Below, in pieces: positions 62,460-64,000 of a stretch of 64,000 nt of DNA; position 1 is the first letter of the stretch; each line of letters opens with the position of its first letter. Both the position numbers and the translations under genes were made by a program. This DNA is from Camelus dromedarius (taxonomy: Eukaryota): positions 119,166,001-119,230,000 of the forward strand of contig NC_087436.1 in the NCBI RefSeq assembly GCF_036321535.1, read 5' to 3'. The notes under the pieces were generated by a model. The model worked only from the letters and a program-made list of their open reading frames with translations. It was not told the origin of the DNA and did not search any database.

Positions 62460-64000
62460 GTTCCTTCACCAAATTGGCAGGATATAAGATTAACATATAG
62501 AAATCTGTTGCATTTCTTTACACTAACAATTAAATATCAGGAAAAAAGTAAAAAAAGAAAAACCAATCCCTTTAAAATTTCATCAGGAAAAAAAAAAAAT
62601 ACTTAAGAGTAAACCTGGCCAAGGAAGTGAAAGACTTATACGTGGAGAACTATAAAATTTTGATTAAGGAAATTAAAGATGATTTAAAGAAATGGAAAGA
62701 TATTCCATGCCCTGGGATTGGAAGAATTAACATTGTTAAAATGGCCACACTACCCAAAGCAGTCTACAGATTTACTGCGATCCCTATCAAATTACCCAGC
62801 ACATTTTTCACAGAACTAGAACAAATAATCCTAAAATTTATATGGACTCACAAAAGACCCAGAATTGCCAAAGCAATACTGAAGAAAACAGAATGAAGCT
62901 GGAGGCATAACACTCCCAGACTTCAGACAATACTACAAAACTATAGTGATCAAAACAACATGGTATTAGCACAAAACCAGACATACGGATCAACAGAACA
63001 GAATAGAGAGCCCCAAAATAAACCCATACACCTATGGTCAATTAGTCTTTGATGAAGGAAGCAAGAATATAGAGTGGAGAAAAGACAGTCTCTTCAGCAC
63101 GTGGTGTTGGGAAAGTTGGACAGCTGCATGTAAATCAATGAAGTTAGAATACTCTCTCATACCATAAACAAAACTAAACTGAAAAATGGCTTAAAGACTT
63201 AGATGTGTAAGACATGACACCATAAAACTCCTACAAGAGAACACAGGCAAAAAATTCTCTGACAGAAATCGTAACAATATTTTCTTAGGTCAGTCTACCA
63301 AGGCAATAGAAATAAAAGCAAAGATAAACAGATGGGAACTAGTTAAACTTATAAGCTTTTGCAGAGCAAAGGAAACCATAAACAAAATGAAAAGACAACT
63401 TATAGACTTACCATATGATCCAGGAATCCCACTTCTGGGCATATATTTGGAGGAAACTAATTAGAAGAGATAAATGCACCCCAATGTTCATAACCACACT
63501 ATTTACAATAGCCAAGACGTGAAAGCAACCTGAATGTCCATCAGCAGATGATTTGATAAAGAAGTTGAGGTATATATGTACTACTTAGCCATTAAAAACA
63601 AGAAGAAAGTAATTCCATTTGCAGAAACATGGATGGACCTGGAGATTGCCATTCTAAGTGAAGTAACCCAGAAAGAGAAAGGAAAATATCATGTATCACT
63701 TATATGTGGAATCCAAAAAAAAAAAAAAGACACAAATGAACTTATTTACAAAACAGAAATGGACTCACAGACATAGAAAACAAACTTATGGTTACCTGGG
63801 GGGAAAGGGAGGTTGAGGGATAAATTGGTAGTTCGGGATTCGCAGATACTAACTACTGTATATAAAATAGATAAATAACAAGGACCTACTGTGTAGCACA
63901 GGGAACTATATTCAATATCTTGTAATAACCTATAATAGAAAAGAATATGAAAAATATATATATGTATATGTATAACTGAATCACTTTGCTGTACACCTGA
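62460..64000 (+). mobile_element. L1 3' portion (ORF2 C-terminal part plus 3' UTR), degraded
   Basis: ORF2 remnants [30 protein letters not shown]; 3' UTR gatactaactactgtatataaaatagataaa...gcacagggaactatattcaatatcttg. Confidence 0.92.

Noticed and set aside
62627..62896. Reverse-transcriptase-like ORF
   Set aside because: Fragment of a degraded L1 ORF2 with stops and deletions.
1..64000. CRISPR arrays, tRNA/rRNA genes or prokaryotic systems
   Set aside because: No regular repeat-spacer array or structural RNA signature was seen; the sequence is intron-containing mammalian DNA.

Overview
Mammalian genomic DNA, probably an even-toed ungulate. I infer this from the L1 3' ends and short Tigger1 derivatives; I saw no ruminant, pig or whale SINEs, so a camelid is plausible but unproven. 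The window holds one complete, intact 19-exon MAN2B2-type GH38 alpha-mannosidase gene on the + strand (ATG 22137 to TGA 57045; 2982-nt CDS, 993 aa; AATAAA at 57167). The main structural feature is a large palindrome: bases 1-9083 are a near-perfect inverted copy of 18009-27073 (13 substitutions and one 18-bp indel found by eye). This places a second MAN2B2 copy (promoter plus exons 1-3, running off the left edge) head-to-head with the complete gene across an 8.9-kb ERV/L1-rich spacer. Clearly older, diverged homology continues about 140 bp beyond the sharp inner identity boundary. That pattern suggests an old inverted duplication whose 5' arms are homogenised by gene conversion, although an assembly artefact is not excluded. 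The rest is introns with L1, ERV1/MaLR LTRs, Tigger elements and microsatellites, an orphan CpG island after the gene, and an inverted L1 at the right end. Repeat family names and human/pig comparisons are from memory, not database searches, and repeat boundaries are approximate.
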